From positions 489,398 through 553,397 of the forward strand of contig OY734803.1 in the NCBI GenBank assembly GCA_963457535.1: a stretch of DNA of 64,000 bases. Reading direction: 5' to 3'. The stretch comes from Arenicellales bacterium. Its GTDB lineage: Bacteria > Pseudomonadota > Gammaproteobacteria > Arenicellales > Poriferihabitantaceae. Under the pieces are notes generated by a model. That model was not told where the DNA came from. It searched no databases and saw nothing but the letters and a program-made list of their open reading frames with translations. Below, piece by piece: positions 1-14,025 of the stretch (within the stretch, counting starts at the first letter, position 1; every line of letters starts with the position of its first letter). The position numbers and the translations under genes were made by a program.

Positions 1-106
1 AAAGCGCCGGAGTCGCGGTCGCCGATTCGCCGGCCGCGCTGGGCAGCACTTTGCGGAAGGCGATGGGGTGAGGGCGGCGGGGCCGGATATGTGGTAGGGT
101 GGCGGC

Positions 107-367
107 ATGAAACCTGCCTGGGACTGGCCTTTGTTGCGGCGCTCGGCGAATCAGGCCGGGGTGGTTGCGTTCGCCGCCGGTCTGGCGCAGGCGATTCTCG
201 GAAATGCGCCGATTCTGTCGTCCGCAATTCTGGTTGTAATCGGTATACTCCTGATCATCCTTTCCATCATGCGGAGGTACAAAATGACCGATGTCGTCTG
301 GGTAGCCCTGCTGGGCGCGATCCCGCTGATCATTTTGATGATCATCGGGCTTTACTACAACCGCTAA
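107..367 (+). CDS. small hydrophobic membrane protein (86 aa), function unknown
   Basis: ATG-initiated ORF. Mostly hydrophobic (VVIGILLIILSIM, VALLGAIPLIILMIIGL), suggesting 2-3 TM helices. No family recognised. 3' end overlaps the convergent oxidase gene by 4 nt. Confidence 0.4.
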   Translation: MKPAWDWPLLRRSANQAGVVAFAAGLAQAILGNAPILSSAILVVIGILLIILSIMRRYKMTDVVWVALLGAIPLIILMIIGLYYNR

Positions 368-1857
368 CGCAAAGCGGGTTTCGCTCCGCGCGTTGCGGAT
401 GCGCCCGGCGGCGCGTTCGCGGCGCGTCCGCCGCCGCCCTCCTCCGCCGGAAGCAACTTCCCCGGATTAAACAAATCCCCCGGGTCCAGCGCGCGTTTGA
501 TTTGCCGGTAGAGCGCCAGCGACACCGGGTCTTTGTAGCGCCGCATCTCCCCCAGTTTGGAAATGCCGATGCCGTGCTCGGCGCTGAATGAGCCGCCGAG
601 TTGGTGCGCGACTTCGTGCACCACGCGGTTCATCGCGTCCCACTGCGACAAAAACGCCTTTGTCTCCATGTCCGGCGGCTGCAAGACCTCGTAGTGGATG
701 TTGCCGTCTCCCATGTGCCCGAACGCATAGGGGCGCGCGCCGGGTATCGCGTCAACCACCGCACGGTCCGCACGGCGCAAAAATTCGGGGACGCTTGACA
801 CCGGCACCGAGACATCGTGCTTGATGCTGCCGCCTTCAAAACGCTGCGCCTCCACCACCTGCTCGCGCAGCCGCAGCAATTCGCGCGCCTGCGTTTCGTT
901 TTCGGCGATGACCGCGTCCTGCAGCACATCGTCCTGCAGCGCGCGCGCCAGGCAGGCCTCCACCCGCTCGCGCAATGCCGGGCCCGGCGCGGCGCTGCCG
1001 GCTTTCAGCAGCGCGTACCATTCGTGTTGCGCCGCCAGCGGCGCGCGCGCGCCGGAGAAGTGGCGCAGCACGGAATGCACGGCGATGCCGCCCATCAATT
1101 CAAAAGTGACCAGGCGGTCGGCGGTCGCGGCGCGCAGGCGGCCGAGCAACTCCAGCGCGGCCTCGGGCGCGCGCATGCCGGCGAGCGCGACGCTTTCGCT
1201 TTGCAGCGCGGGGAAAAGTTTCAGCACGGCCGCGGTGATCACGCCGAGCGTGCCTTCGCTGCCGATGAACAGGTTTTTCAAGTCGTAGCCGGTGTTGTCC
1301 TTGCGCAGCGCCGACAGGCCGCTCCAAACACGCCCGTCGGCGAGCACCACTTCCAGGCCGAGCGCCAGGTCGCGCGCGTTGCCGTAATGCAGCACGTTGA
1401 CGCCGCCGGCGTTGGTGGCGAGGTTGCCGCCGATTTGGCAACTGCCCTGCGCGCCGAGGCTGAGCGGAAACAGCCGCCCACGCGCGCGCGCCGCCTCCTG
1501 AATGTCGGCGAGCACGCAGCCGGCCTGCACATGCATGCTGTGGTTGGCTTCGTCCACGCCGAGAACGCGGTTCATGCGGCGCAAATTCAAAATGACCTGG
1601 CCGCGCCGCGCGACCGCGCCGCCCATGGTGCCGGTGTTGCCGCCCTGCGGCACGATGCCGGCGCCGGCGCGCGCGCAGCGGGAAACCACCGCGGAAACTT
1701 CCTCCGCATTCGCCGGCAACGCGACCGCCAGGCATTCGCTGCGGTGGCGGCCGCGCAATTCCTCGGTGTAGGCGCGCGTCTGTTCGGGCGCGGTCAGCAC
1801 ATTTTTCGCGCCGAGAATGCGGGCAAGTTCGGCGGGCAGGGATTCGGCGGCGGGCAT
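364..1857 (-). CDS. FAD-linked oxidase, GlcD / D-2-hydroxyacid dehydrogenase family
   Basis: 497-aa ORF. FAD-binding N-terminal region (GAGIVPQGGNTGTMGGAVA) and C-terminal FAD-oxidase motifs (FGHMGDGNIHYEV, FSAEHGIG). The low-complexity C-terminal tail is unusual. Confidence 0.85.
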   Translation of the reverse strand: MPAAESLPAELARILGAKNVLTAPEQTRAYTEELRGRHRSECLAVALPANAEEVSAVVSRCARAGAGIVPQGGNTGTMGGAVARRGQVILNLRRMNRVLGVDEANHSMHVQAGCVLADIQEAARARGRLFPLSLGAQGSCQIGGNLATNAGGVNVLHYGNARDLALGLEVVLADGRVWSGLSALRKDNTGYDLKNLFIGSEGTLGVITAAVLKLFPALQSESVALAGMRAPEAALELLGRLRAATADRLVTFELMGGIAVHSVLRHFSGARAPLAAQHEWYALLKAGSAAPGPALRERVEACLARALQDDVLQDAVIAENETQARELLRLREQVVEAQRFEGGSIKHDVSVPVSSVPEFLRRADRAVVDAIPGARPYAFGHMGDGNIHYEVLQPPDMETKAFLSQWDAMNRVVHEVAHQLGGSFSAEHGIGISKLGEMRRYKDPVSLALYRQIKRALDPGDLFNPGKLLPAEEGGGGRAANAPPGASATRGAKPALR

Positions 1858-1940
1858 TTCTTAATGGGATAGCGGCAAGGCGGCCGCGTCGGCGAAAATG
1901 ATACAATACCGCCCCCCGCACCACCCGCCACCGCAAACCC

Positions 1941-2501
1941 ATGACCGACACCGAAGCCACCGCCGCGCACTACCGCGCCCTCCTGTCCTCCATCGGCGAA
2001 GACCCGGAGCGCGACGGGCTGGCCAACACGCCGCGGCGCGCGGCGCGCGCGCTGCAGTACCTGACGCAGGGCTACCAGCAAAGTTTGAAAGACGTGGTCG
2101 GCGGCGCGATCTTCCGCTCCGACAACGACCAGATGGTCATCACCAAGGACATTGAACTGTATTCGCTGTGCGAGCACCACATCCTTCCGTTCATCGGCAA
2201 ATGCCACGTCGCCTATCTGCCGGCCGGCAAGGTCATCGGGCTTTCCAAACTCGCGCGCATCACCGACATGTACGCGCGGCGGCTGCAGATTCAGGAGAAC
2301 CTGACCGAGCAAATCGCGGTGGCGGTGGAATCCATCACCGGCGCGCACGGCGTCGGCGTGATCATAGAAGCGAAGCACATGTGCATGATGATGCGCGGCG
2401 CGCACAAACAAAACTCGGTGACCACGACTTCCATGATGCTCGGGCGGTTTCGCGCCGACCACCGCACGCGCACCGAGTTTTTGACGCTGGTCGGCCACTG
2501 A
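1941..2501 (+). CDS. folE: GTP cyclohydrolase I
   Basis: 186 aa with canonical motifs [12 protein letters not shown] and HMCMMMRG. Confidence 0.95.
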   Translation: MTDTEATAAHYRALLSSIGEDPERDGLANTPRRAARALQYLTQGYQQSLKDVVGGAIFRSDNDQMVITKDIELYSLCEHHILPFIGKCHVAYLPAGKVIGLSKLARITDMYARRLQIQENLTEQIAVAVESITGAHGVGVIIEAKHMCMMMRGAHKQNSVTTTSMMLGRFRADHRTRTEFLTLVGH

Positions 2502-2535
2502 GCGGCGCGCCCGGTAATACCGGCGGCATAAGCAG

Positions 2536-3375
2536 GTGAAAGCGCTGCTGGTGGACGGCCTGAACCTGGTGCGGCGGATTTACGCCGCGGTGCCGGCGCG
2601 CGAAGGCGCGCATTCCGGCGGCGATGGCGGCGGTGAAAACGACGGCCACCTCGCCGATGTGATTTCCTCCAGCGTCGCCTCGCTGCGGCGCGCGCTGCAG
2701 CAGCACGACCCGAGCCACTGCCTGGTGGTGTTTGACGGCGGCGGCCGCAACTGGCGGCACGAACTCTACCCCGACTACAAGAAAAACCGCGCGCCGATGC
2801 CGGCGCCGTTGCGCGGCGGCATGGCGCGCATCGCCGGCGCGTTCGGCGAAATTCATGCGCGGTGTTTTTCGCGCGACGATTTTGAGGCCGACGACATCAT
2901 CGCCACGGTCGCCGCGAAAATCGCCGCGCGCGGCGGCCGCGCGCTGATCCTTTCCACCGACCGCAACTACTGCCAGTTGCTCGGCGATGGCATCGCGGTG
3001 TTTGACCACTTCGCGCAGCGTCCGCTGGACCGCGAAATGGTGGTGAAAAAGTTTCAGGTGCAGCCGCGCCAACTCCCGGAATTTCTGGCGCTCGCCGGCG
3101 ACAGCGGCGCCTCCATTCCCGGCGTGCAGTCGGTCGGCGCGCGCACCGCAGCAAAATTGCTCGGCGCGCACGGCGGATTGGAAGAAGCGCTCGGCGCGGC
3201 CGAGTCGGGCGCGATTCGCGGAAAACTTGGCGCGAAGTTGCGCGCCGACGGCGAACACGCGCGCCTCGCGCGCAAACTGTTCACGCTGCGCACCGACCTG
3301 GACCTCGGCATCAACCTGAGCGAATTGCGCTACGCCCCGCCCCAATCCGCCCCGGCGCCGGAGGGCGCGCACTGA
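2536..3375 (+). CDS. xni: flap endonuclease Xni / 5'-3' exonuclease (no polymerase domain)
   Basis: GTG start. N-terminus MKALLVDGLNLVRRIY. FEN motifs DYKKNR, EADDIIAT, LSTDRNYCQLL. H3TH region IPGVQSVGARTAAKLL. Confidence 0.85.
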   Translation: MKALLVDGLNLVRRIYAAVPAREGAHSGGDGGGENDGHLADVISSSVASLRRALQQHDPSHCLVVFDGGGRNWRHELYPDYKKNRAPMPAPLRGGMARIAGAFGEIHARCFSRDDFEADDIIATVAAKIAARGGRALILSTDRNYCQLLGDGIAVFDHFAQRPLDREMVVKKFQVQPRQLPEFLALAGDSGASIPGVQSVGARTAAKLLGAHGGLEEALGAAESGAIRGKLGAKLRADGEHARLARKLFTLRTDLDLGINLSELRYAPPQSAPAPEGAH

Positions 3376-3554
3376 TGGAAATCTGGGAGCAGGTTTTGCT
3401 CGGCGTTTTTGCGTTGCTGCTGCTGTTTTTGTTTGTGCCGGGCATCAAGCCGATGCTGGCGAAATCCAAGGAGGCGCCGAAAGACTGGGCCGGCCTGCTG
3501 GCGCCGCTCGCGCTGGTCGCCGCGTTCGTGATTTTTCTGGCGGCGACGCTTTGA
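3375..3554 (+). CDS. possible small membrane protein (59 aa)
   Basis: ORF below the track length cutoff. Its ATG overlaps the xni stop (TGATG). It has two hydrophobic stretches (VLLGVFALLLLFLFV, LAPLALVAAFVIFLAA). No family recognised. Confidence 0.3.
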   Translation: MEIWEQVLLGVFALLLLFLFVPGIKPMLAKSKEAPKDWAGLLAPLALVAAFVIFLAATL

Positions 3555-3585
3555 CAAATGTCAAAATCGCCGCGAAAAATGCCGC

Positions 3586-3614
3586 TTGCATTTTTTCCCG
3601 GGCGGCGCGATAAT
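3586..3614 (+). promoter_or_regulatory. sigma70-like promoter upstream of the TRAP operon
   Basis: TTGCAT (3586-3591), 17-nt spacer, GATAAT (3609-3614), about 80 nt upstream of the solute-receptor ATG. Confidence 0.45.
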
Positions 3615-3692
3615 GGCGCGCCTCCGGGCGGACAGGCCCGTTGAAAAAATTCTTTCTTCCTTCATTCACAACCCTACTTAACGGAGACTCAC

Positions 3693-4817
3693 ATGAAACG
3701 TCGTGACTTACTGATTGGCGCCGTCGGCGGCGTCGTTGTTGGCGGCGCGGCAACCGGCGTGGTTACCTCGCAGCGCGGCGGACAAGGCGCGCGCGGCCCC
3801 GGCATCATCAAAGACCGCATTGAGGTGGCCATGGTGTCCACCTGGCCGCGCGATTTCCCCGGCCTCGGCACCGGCGCGCAGCGCTTCGCCGAGCGCGTCG
3901 GCGAAATGAGCGACGGGCGCATCGTGGTGGAATACTTCGCCGGCGGCGAGCGCGTCAAACCGTTTGACTCGTTTGACGAAGTCGCGTCCGGCAACGCGCA
4001 GATGTACCACGCCGCCGACTACTACTGGAAAGGCAAGCACCCGAGTTGGGCGTATTTCACCGCGGTGCCGTTCGGCCTGACCTACACCGAAATGAACGCC
4101 TGGATTCGCTTCGGCGGCGGCCAGGAGTTGTGGGACGAACTCGCCGCCGAATCCAACCTGAAGGGCCTGATGTGCGGCAACACCGGCGTGCAGATGGGCG
4201 GCTGGTTCCGCAAGGAGATGAACTCCGCCGACGACTTCAAGGGGCTGAAGATGCGCATTCCGGGGCTCGGCGGCGACGTGCTCACCAAACTCGGCGCCTC
4301 GCCGGTGTCGCTGCCCGGCAGCCAGATCTACGAAAACCTGGTGTCCGGCGCGATTGACGCGACCGAGTGGGTCGGCCCGTGGAACGACAACGCGATGAAG
4401 TTCTACGAGGCGGCGAAATACTACTACTACCCCGGCATGCACGAGCCGGGCGCGATGCTTTCCTGCGGCATCAACAAGGACTTCTGGGAGAGTCTGTCGC
4501 AGGCCGACCGCGTCATGATCGAGGCCGCGGCTTCCATGGAAAACGACGTGATGATGTCGGAATACAACGCGAAAAACAGCGAGGCGCTGCGGCGGCTGAT
4601 CAGCGAACAGGGTGTGCAGTTGCGCCGCTTCAACGACGACATCTACGACGCGTTCGGGCGCGCCGCCGCGGAAGTGTTCGCGTCGGTGGTCGACCACAGC
4701 GCGCTGGCGCGGCGCGTGCACAACAGTTTCGTGCGCGCGCGCGAAGATGTCGGCGCCTGGGCGAAGATTTCCGACCAGGAATACGTCCGCCAGCGCAACC
4801 GCGTGCTCGGGCTGTAA
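3693..4817 (+). CDS. TRAP transporter solute receptor, DctP family, Tat-type signal
   Basis: 374 aa. Twin-arginine signal MKRRDLLIGAVGG. DctP-family pattern along the length. Followed by DctQ- and DctM-like genes. Confidence 0.9.
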   Translation: MKRRDLLIGAVGGVVVGGAATGVVTSQRGGQGARGPGIIKDRIEVAMVSTWPRDFPGLGTGAQRFAERVGEMSDGRIVVEYFAGGERVKPFDSFDEVASGNAQMYHAADYYWKGKHPSWAYFTAVPFGLTYTEMNAWIRFGGGQELWDELAAESNLKGLMCGNTGVQMGGWFRKEMNSADDFKGLKMRIPGLGGDVLTKLGASPVSLPGSQIYENLVSGAIDATEWVGPWNDNAMKFYEAAKYYYYPGMHEPGAMLSCGINKDFWESLSQADRVMIEAAASMENDVMMSEYNAKNSEALRRLISEQGVQLRRFNDDIYDAFGRAAAEVFASVVDHSALARRVHNSFVRAREDVGAWAKISDQEYVRQRNRVLGL

Positions 4818-4895
4818 GCGCGGTTGGCGCGTGAAAGCGGGGCCGCCCGGCTTCGCTTTCGCGCGCGCCGCCCCGCATTCCGCCGGACCTCGGCC

Positions 4896-5828
4896 ATGCC
4901 GCATCCCGACGCCGCATTGCGCGCATTCGCCGCGCTGATGGCGGCGCTGGTCGCGCTGTTTCTGCTGGGCTGCTACCTGCATTACTGGCGCAACTGGCCC
5001 GCGTTTTTCTCCGGCAATGGCTGGGCGCAGTGGCTCGGCGCCGCCGCGGTTTTCGCCGGCGTTTTGTGGCGCGTCTATTCCACCCCGAAGCGCGGCCTGC
5101 GCGACGACGCGGCGCTGTATGCGCGCGCCGCGGCCTATGTGATTCGCGCCGCCTACTGGTCGGTGCTGCTGGTCGGCGCGGTTGACGCGCTCATCTCCTT
5201 TTTGCGCCTGGAAGGCATTCTGGAATACGCGGTCGGCGCGGCGCTCGCCGGCGAACTGGCCAAGCCGCACTTTCGCGGCGCCTACGTGCATTACCCGCTG
5301 CTTCTCGCCGCGCTGGTCATCGCCCGCTACGCCAAAACGCCCGGCTTTCTATGGCTCGCATTTCTGGTGGTGCTGGCCGAGTTTGCGGTGGTGGTTTCGC
5401 GCTTCGTGTTTTCCTATGAGCAGGCCTTCATGGGCGACCTGGTCAGGTTCTGGTATGCCGCGCTGTTTTTGTTCGCGAGCGCGCACACCCTCGCCGCCGA
5501 GGGGCATGTGCGCGTGGATGTGCTCTACGCGAATTTTTCGCCGCGCGCCAAGGCGCTTTCCAATGCCGGCGGCGCGCTGCTGCTCGGGCTGCCGGTGTGC
5601 TGGACGATTCTGCTGCAGGGCATGTCCGGCAAAGGCGCGAGCATCGTAAGCCCGCTGTTGGGATTTGAGATTTCGCAAAGCGGCTACGGCATGTATGTCA
5701 AATATTTGATGGCCGGCTTCCTGCTGGTGTTCGCGGTGTCCATGGCGCTGCAGTTCATCGGCTCCTTTCTGGAAAACGCGGCCGAACTGCGCAAACCGCC
5801 GCCGCGCAGGCGGCGCAAGGCGGCCTGA
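4896..5828 (+). CDS. TRAP transporter small permease (DctQ-like) with extra N-terminal TM region
   Basis: ATG 4896 preferred over the TTG 4824 of the track ORF. The C-terminal half has a DctQ-type signature around HVRVDVLY. Several hydrophobic helices. At 310 aa it is longer than a typical DctQ. Confidence 0.75.
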   Translation: MPHPDAALRAFAALMAALVALFLLGCYLHYWRNWPAFFSGNGWAQWLGAAAVFAGVLWRVYSTPKRGLRDDAALYARAAAYVIRAAYWSVLLVGAVDALISFLRLEGILEYAVGAALAGELAKPHFRGAYVHYPLLLAALVIARYAKTPGFLWLAFLVVLAEFAVVVSRFVFSYEQAFMGDLVRFWYAALFLFASAHTLAAEGHVRVDVLYANFSPRAKALSNAGGALLLGLPVCWTILLQGMSGKGASIVSPLLGFEISQSGYGMYVKYLMAGFLLVFAVSMALQFIGSFLENAAELRKPPPRRRRKAA

Positions 5829-5830
5829 TC

Positions 5831-8437
5831 ATGGAACTGGTCTTTTTGCTGGTGCTGATTTTGCTGATGGTGGGCGCGCTGACGGCCGGCTACCCGGTCG
5901 CGTTCGCGCTGCCCGGCTCGTCCATCTTGGCGGTCGCGCTGGCCGCGCTCTGCGGATATTTGTTCGCCGGCGACAGCAGCGCCTACTTCGCGCAGGACGG
6001 GCCTACGCAGTGGCTGAGCGCCGGCGTGACCAACTTCCGCAGCCTCTACTGGGATGTGGAGCGCGACACTTTGATCGCGATTCCGCTGTTCATCTTCATG
6101 GGCATCATGCTGCAGCGCTCCAAGATCGCCGAGGATTTGCTGGTGGCGATGGCGCAGTTGTTCGGGCCGGTGCCCGGCGGACTTGGAATTTCGGTGGTGT
6201 TCGTCGGCGCGCTGCTCGCCGCGACCACCGGCATCGTCGGCGCCACGGTCATCGCCATGGGGCTGATCTCGCTGCCGGCGATGCTGCGCAACAACTACTC
6301 CAAGCCGCTCGCCGGCGGAACCATTTGCGCGTCCGGCACCCTCGGGCAGATCATTCCGCCGTCCATCGTGCTGATCATTCTCGCCGACCAGCTTTCCAAC
6401 GCGGTGGAGCAGGCGAGCGCGGCGCGCAAGGCCGAATACCGGGAGGCCACCGGCGAGTTTTCCATGCCGTCGGAATTTGACATCACCTCGGCGAGCGCCG
6501 GCGACATGTTCATGGGCGCGCTGATTCCGGGCCTGCTGCTGGTGGCGATCTACATGGCGTATATCCTGATCAGCGCGCTGCTGCGCCCCGGCAGCGCGCC
6601 GCCGGTGCCCTACGAGGGCAAATACGACCGCCGGTTTGCGCTGCGCATTTTGCTCGCGCTGGCGCCGCCGCTGGCGCTGATTTTTGGCGTGCTCGGCTCC
6701 ATCGTCACCGGCGTCGCCACGGTCAACCAGGCCGGCGCGATCGGCGCCATCGGCGCGATGATCATGGGCGGCTACCGCTTGCGCGAGGGCGCGCGCGGCG
6801 CCTATTGGCCGGCCGCGCTCGCGCTGGCCGCGGCCGTTGCAATCTTTCTGGTGCTGCATTTTTTTGATGTCAATGTCAAGAACATCAAAACCGGCCGCGA
6901 CGCCGCGGGCATCGCGCTGGCCGCCATCGCGGTCGCCGCGCTCACCGCCGCGGTGCTGTGGAGCGCGTGGCGCGCCTATGTGACCGATGACACGCTGCGC
7001 GCGGTGATGGTGGACACCGCCAAGACCACTTCCATGGTGTTCATCATTTTGATCGGCGCGGCCATGCTGACCTCGGCCTTTCGCGGCTTCGGCGGCGAGC
7101 ACTTGGTCAAAGAATTTTTGACCGGCCTGCCCGGCGGTTTTTGGACGCAATTTGTCGTGGTCATGGCCGTGATCTTTTTGCTCGGGTTTTTTCTGGACTT
7201 CATTGAAATCGCGGTGGTGGTGGTGCCGATAGTCGCGCCGATTCTGCTGATTGACCCGTCGGCGAATGTGACCGCGGTGTGGCTCGGCGTGATGATCGGG
7301 CTGAACATTCAGACTTCGTTCCTGACGCCGCCGTTCGGTTTTGCGCTGTTTTATTTGCGCGGCGTCGCGCCCCCCGAAGTTCGCACCACGCAAATATACA
7401 AAGGCGCGTTCGCCTTCATCGTGCTGCAACTGGTCGGGCTCGGCATCGTCGGCTTCTTTCCGGGCATGGTCAATTACATGCCGAACCGCACCTACCTCAC
7501 CTCGGAAACCGCGCCGCCGCCGGTCAACCCGCGCCTGCAATACTGCATGGAGCGGCGCGTGTTCGCCGAATACAACGAGCGCCGCGGCGAAATTCTGGAC
7601 GCGGTCGCCGGCGCGCGCGAAATGGATTTGGCCGCGCTGCCGCAGGCGCGCCGCGACGAATTGCGCACCGGCATTGACGGCGCGGCCGGCGTGTTTTCCG
7701 CGGTGGCGCGCGTGGAAGCAGCCGAACGCGCGCTGAACGCATACCTGAAAGATTATGCGCCGCAGCAGCGCAAGGCGCGGAAACTGCAGTTGGAAATCCG
7801 CAAAATTGAAGCGCGCATCAAAAAGGCGCGAAGCCGCGGCCTGTCCGCCGGTGAAATTGCCGAGTTGCGCGAAGAGCGGCGCGAATTGCTGGCGCGCATT
7901 CCGCCCGGCTGGGAGCGCTCCAAGGCGACCTACGACAAACTCGCCGCGGCCGAGCGCAACGCGCGCCGCGAATACCGCCGGCAGGCGGACGCCGCCTACC
8001 AGGCGCTGCGCGGCACGCGCGCGATGATCCTCCAAAGCGGCGAACTCGCCGCGCTGCGCCCGGAATTAAGCGCGCTCGGCGCGATTGCAGCCGCCGACGA
8101 CGCGGCGCGCGAGCGGGTCAAAACGCTGGACGCGTCGCTGCAGTATTTTGACGGCGTCGACGCCATCCGCGCGAAACTGCGCGAGACCGGCTACGCGCTC
8201 GCGCGAAGCGACGGCGCCGCCGCCGCGCGCGCACTGCTGCGCGAGGCCGGCGCATTGCTGGAAGATGAAATCGCCTGGCGCGAATCGGCCGCGCCGCTCC
8301 TCCCCGAACTCGCGCGCTACGACGACGCGGTCAAAACCACCATCGGTTTGCGCCTGCAAAAACGCCTGAACGACGAGCAGGCAAAAGACATCGCCGCCTG
8401 CCAGTCCGCGCACCGCGACATTTCGCTGGCGTTTTAG
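5831..8437 (+). CDS. TRAP transporter large permease (DctM family) fused to a ~315-aa hydrophilic helical C-terminal tail
   Basis: 868 aa. The first ~550 aa are a multi-TM DctM-type permease (GTLGQIIPPSIVLII, FLTPPFGFALFYL). From about nt 7490 the sequence is A/R/E/L-rich with no hydrophobic helices. The start is 3 nt after the DctQ-like stop. Confidence 0.85.
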   Translation: MELVFLLVLILLMVGALTAGYPVAFALPGSSILAVALAALCGYLFAGDSSAYFAQDGPTQWLSAGVTNFRSLYWDVERDTLIAIPLFIFMGIMLQRSKIAEDLLVAMAQLFGPVPGGLGISVVFVGALLAATTGIVGATVIAMGLISLPAMLRNNYSKPLAGGTICASGTLGQIIPPSIVLIILADQLSNAVEQASAARKAEYREATGEFSMPSEFDITSASAGDMFMGALIPGLLLVAIYMAYILISALLRPGSAPPVPYEGKYDRRFALRILLALAPPLALIFGVLGSIVTGVATVNQAGAIGAIGAMIMGGYRLREGARGAYWPAALALAAAVAIFLVLHFFDVNVKNIKTGRDAAGIALAAIAVAALTAAVLWSAWRAYVTDDTLRAVMVDTAKTTSMVFIILIGAAMLTSAFRGFGGEHLVKEFLTGLPGGFWTQFVVVMAVIFLLGFFLDFIEIAVVVVPIVAPILLIDPSANVTAVWLGVMIGLNIQTSFLTPPFGFALFYLRGVAPPEVRTTQIYKGAFAFIVLQLVGLGIVGFFPGMVNYMPNRTYLTSETAPPPVNPRLQYCMERRVFAEYNERRGEILDAVAGAREMDLAALPQARRDELRTGIDGAAGVFSAVARVEAAERALNAYLKDYAPQQRKARKLQLEIRKIEARIKKARSRGLSAGEIAELREERRELLARIPPGWERSKATYDKLAAAERNARREYRRQADAAYQALRGTRAMILQSGELAALRPELSALGAIAAADDAARERVKTLDASLQYFDGVDAIRAKLRETGYALARSDGAAAARALLREAGALLEDEIAWRESAAPLLPELARYDDAVKTTIGLRLQKRLNDEQAKDIAACQSAHRDISLAF

Positions 8438-8461
8438 GCCACTGACGTTTTAAGGGGCGCG

Positions 8462-9898
8462 TCAGTAGCGGTAGTGCTCGGCCTTGTAGGGCCCTTCCAC
8501 CGGCACGCCGATGTAGTCGGCCTGCTCCCTGCTCAGTTGCGTCAGTTGCGCGCCGATTTTGCCGAGGTGCAGGCGCGCGACTTCCTCGTCCAGTTTTTTC
8601 GGCAGGACATGCACTTCCTTGCCGTATTTTTCGCCGTCGCGCCACAGTTCAATTTGCGCCAGCACCTGGTTGGTGAAACTGTTGGACATGACGAAACTCG
8701 GATGCCCGGTGGCGCAGCCGAGGTTGACCAGGCGGCCCTCGGCGAGCAGCGTGATGCGGTTGCCGTTCGGCAGGATGATCTGGTCCACCTGCGGCTTGAT
8801 GTTTTCCCACTGGTATTGCTTCATCGCGGCGACGTCTATCTCGTTGTCAAAGTGGCCGATGTTGCACACCACCGCCTGGTCCTTCATGCGCAGCATCTGT
8901 TCGTGGGTGATGACATGGAAGTTGCCGGTGGCGGCGACGAAGATGTCGGCCTGTTCGCAGGCCTCCTCCATGCGCACCACGCGGTAGCCCTCCATCGCCG
9001 CCTGCAGCGCGCAGATCGGGTCAATTTCAGCGACCCACACATTCGCGCCGAGGCCGCGCAGCGACTGCGCGCAGCCTTTGCCGACATCGCCGTAGCCGAG
9101 CACCAATGCGATCTTGCCGGCGATCATCACATCGGTGGCGCGCTTGATGCCGTCCACCAGCGATTCGCGGCAGCCGTATAGGTTGTCAAACTTTGATTTG
9201 GTGACCGAGTCGTTGACATTGATCGCCGGAAACGGCAGCCCGTCGCGCGCCGCCATTTGGTAGAGGCGGGCGACGCCGGTGGTGGTCTCTTCGGTGACGC
9301 CGCGAATGTTGGCGAGGCGGTTGCCGTACCAATTTCCGCCGCCTTTCAAGCGCGATTGAATCGCGGCGAACAGCGCGGTCTCCTCTTCGCTGCCCGGTTT
9401 CGCCAGCGCCGACGGATCGCGCTCGGCCTTGGCGCCGAGAATCAATAGCAGGGTCGCGTCACCGCCGTCGTCCAGAATCATGTTGGGGCCTTCGCCCTCG
9501 TCGTCGTCCCACTGCATGATGCGGTGCGTGAACTCCCAGTATTCATCCAGCGACTCGCCCTTGTAGGCGAACACCGGCACGCCGCGCTCGGCGACGGCCG
9601 CGGCCGCGTGGTCCTGCGTGGAGAAAATGTTGCACGAGGCCCAGCGCACGCGCGCGCCGAGCGCCATCAGCGTCTCTATCAGCACCGCGGTTTGAATGGT
9701 CATGTGCAGCGAGCCGGCGATGCGCGCGCCGCGCAGCGGCTGTTCGCCGGCGTATTTTTCGCGCACCGCCATCAGCCCCGGCATTTCGGTTTCGGCGATG
9801 GCGATTTCCTTGCGGCCCCAGCCGGCGAGGCTCATGTCGGCGACATGAAAATCCTGTGAATCGGCGGGCGCGGGTTTGCGGGCAACTTGCGTGGACAT
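8462..9898 (-). CDS. ahcY: adenosylhomocysteinase
   Basis: 478 aa. Motifs [18 protein letters not shown]-binding GYGDVGKG and [11 protein letters not shown]-terminal YKAEHYRY. Confidence 0.95.
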   Translation of the reverse strand: MSTQVARKPAPADSQDFHVADMSLAGWGRKEIAIAETEMPGLMAVREKYAGEQPLRGARIAGSLHMTIQTAVLIETLMALGARVRWASCNIFSTQDHAAAAVAERGVPVFAYKGESLDEYWEFTHRIMQWDDDEGEGPNMILDDGGDATLLLILGAKAERDPSALAKPGSEEETALFAAIQSRLKGGGNWYGNRLANIRGVTEETTTGVARLYQMAARDGLPFPAINVNDSVTKSKFDNLYGCRESLVDGIKRATDVMIAGKIALVLGYGDVGKGCAQSLRGLGANVWVAEIDPICALQAAMEGYRVVRMEEACEQADIFVAATGNFHVITHEQMLRMKDQAVVCNIGHFDNEIDVAAMKQYQWENIKPQVDQIILPNGNRITLLAEGRLVNLGCATGHPSFVMSNSFTNQVLAQIELWRDGEKYGKEVHVLPKKLDEEVARLHLGKIGAQLTQLSREQADYIGVPVEGPYKAEHYRY

Positions 9899-9928
9899 GG
9901 CGGCTCCTGTGGAGGGTTGCGCGGTGAA

Positions 9929-11095
<1,167 letters not shown>

Positions 11096-11148
11096 TTTCG
11101 TTGCTGAATGGTCGGGGATGGACGGAGGGCGCGCCGCGCGGAGGCGCG

Positions 11149-14025
<2,877 letters not shown>

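Noticed and set aside
1-106. Possible partial gene at the left edge
   Set aside because: A minus-strand frame with high GC3 is open here but has no start codon other than a GTG near 43. A + frame ends at about 94. There is too little sequence to support either.
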